29,035 bases of DNA from an uncultured Fibrobacterales bacterium. GTDB taxonomy: Bacteria; Fibrobacterota; Fibrobacteria; Fibrobacterales; CAWVXU01. The stretch spans positions 1 through 29,035 of the forward strand of contig CAWVXU010000028.1 of assembly GCA_963934255.1 (NCBI GenBank). Direction: 5' to 3'. This document shows, in pieces, positions 28,852-29,035 of the stretch (its first letter is position 1; each line of letters opens with the position of its first letter). The translations under genes and the position numbers were made by a program. The notes below the pieces were generated by a model that saw only the letters and a program-made list of their open reading frames with translations, searched no databases and had not been told where the DNA came from.

Positions 28852-29035
28852 TTGAAAATACAAATCAATGACTTAAAAGCCAGATGGAACTCGCAAGAGA
28901 CTTCTCTGGCTTTTTCTGTTTTTCGTGAAATAGAACGTTCTCTAGAAAAGGGAGATTTTATTTTAGGTTCTGCCGTGAGAGATTTAGAAGAAGCTCTTTG
29001 TCAAAAATTAAAGGCGCCGATGGTTAAAACTTGTG
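28852..29035 (+). CDS. DegT/DnrJ/EryC1/StrS-family sugar aminotransferase, 5' part (truncated by the window edge)
   Basis: Manual translation from TTG: MKIQINDLKARW...IERSLEKGDFILGSAVRDLEEALCQKL, matching the family N-terminus (DLKAQY...SGxFILGxxVxxLE). Starts 2 nt after the ugd stop. Confidence 0.8.
   Translation, partial: MKIQINDLKARWNSQETSLAFSVFREIERSLEKGDFILGSAVRDLEEALCQKLKAPMVKTC
28875..28923 (+). terminator. Terminator-like hairpin with U tract inside the DegT-family CDS
   Basis: AAAAGCCAGA-tg-GAACTC-GCAA-GAG-ac-TTC-TCTGGCTTTTTCTGTTTTT. Confidence 0.55.

Overview
AT-rich bacterial chromosome segment that looks origin-proximal. The lineage is probably FCB group, possibly Fibrobacterota; this is an inference from the short region-1.1-less SigA-type sigma factor, the short epsilon subunit and the signal-peptide-like AtpB N-terminus. 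Left to right: a partial divergent CDS; an ECF sigma factor preceded by an ECF-type promoter; a GNAT; a convergent CpdA-like phosphoesterase; a ~580-bp AT-rich gap; and a tightly packed ~10.5-kb minus-strand run rsmG-parA-parB-M23 peptidase-bactofilin-atpZ-atpI-atpBEFHAGDC ending in an intrinsic terminator. Three parS palindromes head that run, and one of them contains the rsmG start codon. Next come a G-skewed oriC candidate with degenerate DnaA-box-like 9-mers, an LpxL-like acyltransferase where dnaA normally sits, and rpmH (missed by the ORF track)-rnpA-yidD-yidC-mnmE. The rest holds an outer-membrane protein, malQ, a TPR protein, a SigA-family sigma factor, an in-frame Mrp/ApbC + DUF971 pair (split HCF101-like), a Wzi-like barrel, ugd, and the start of a DegT-family aminotransferase with a terminator-like hairpin in its first codons. 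I saw no mobile element, CRISPR array, tRNA or rRNA. Gene content is mostly core; the interesting signals are in regulation and gene architecture.
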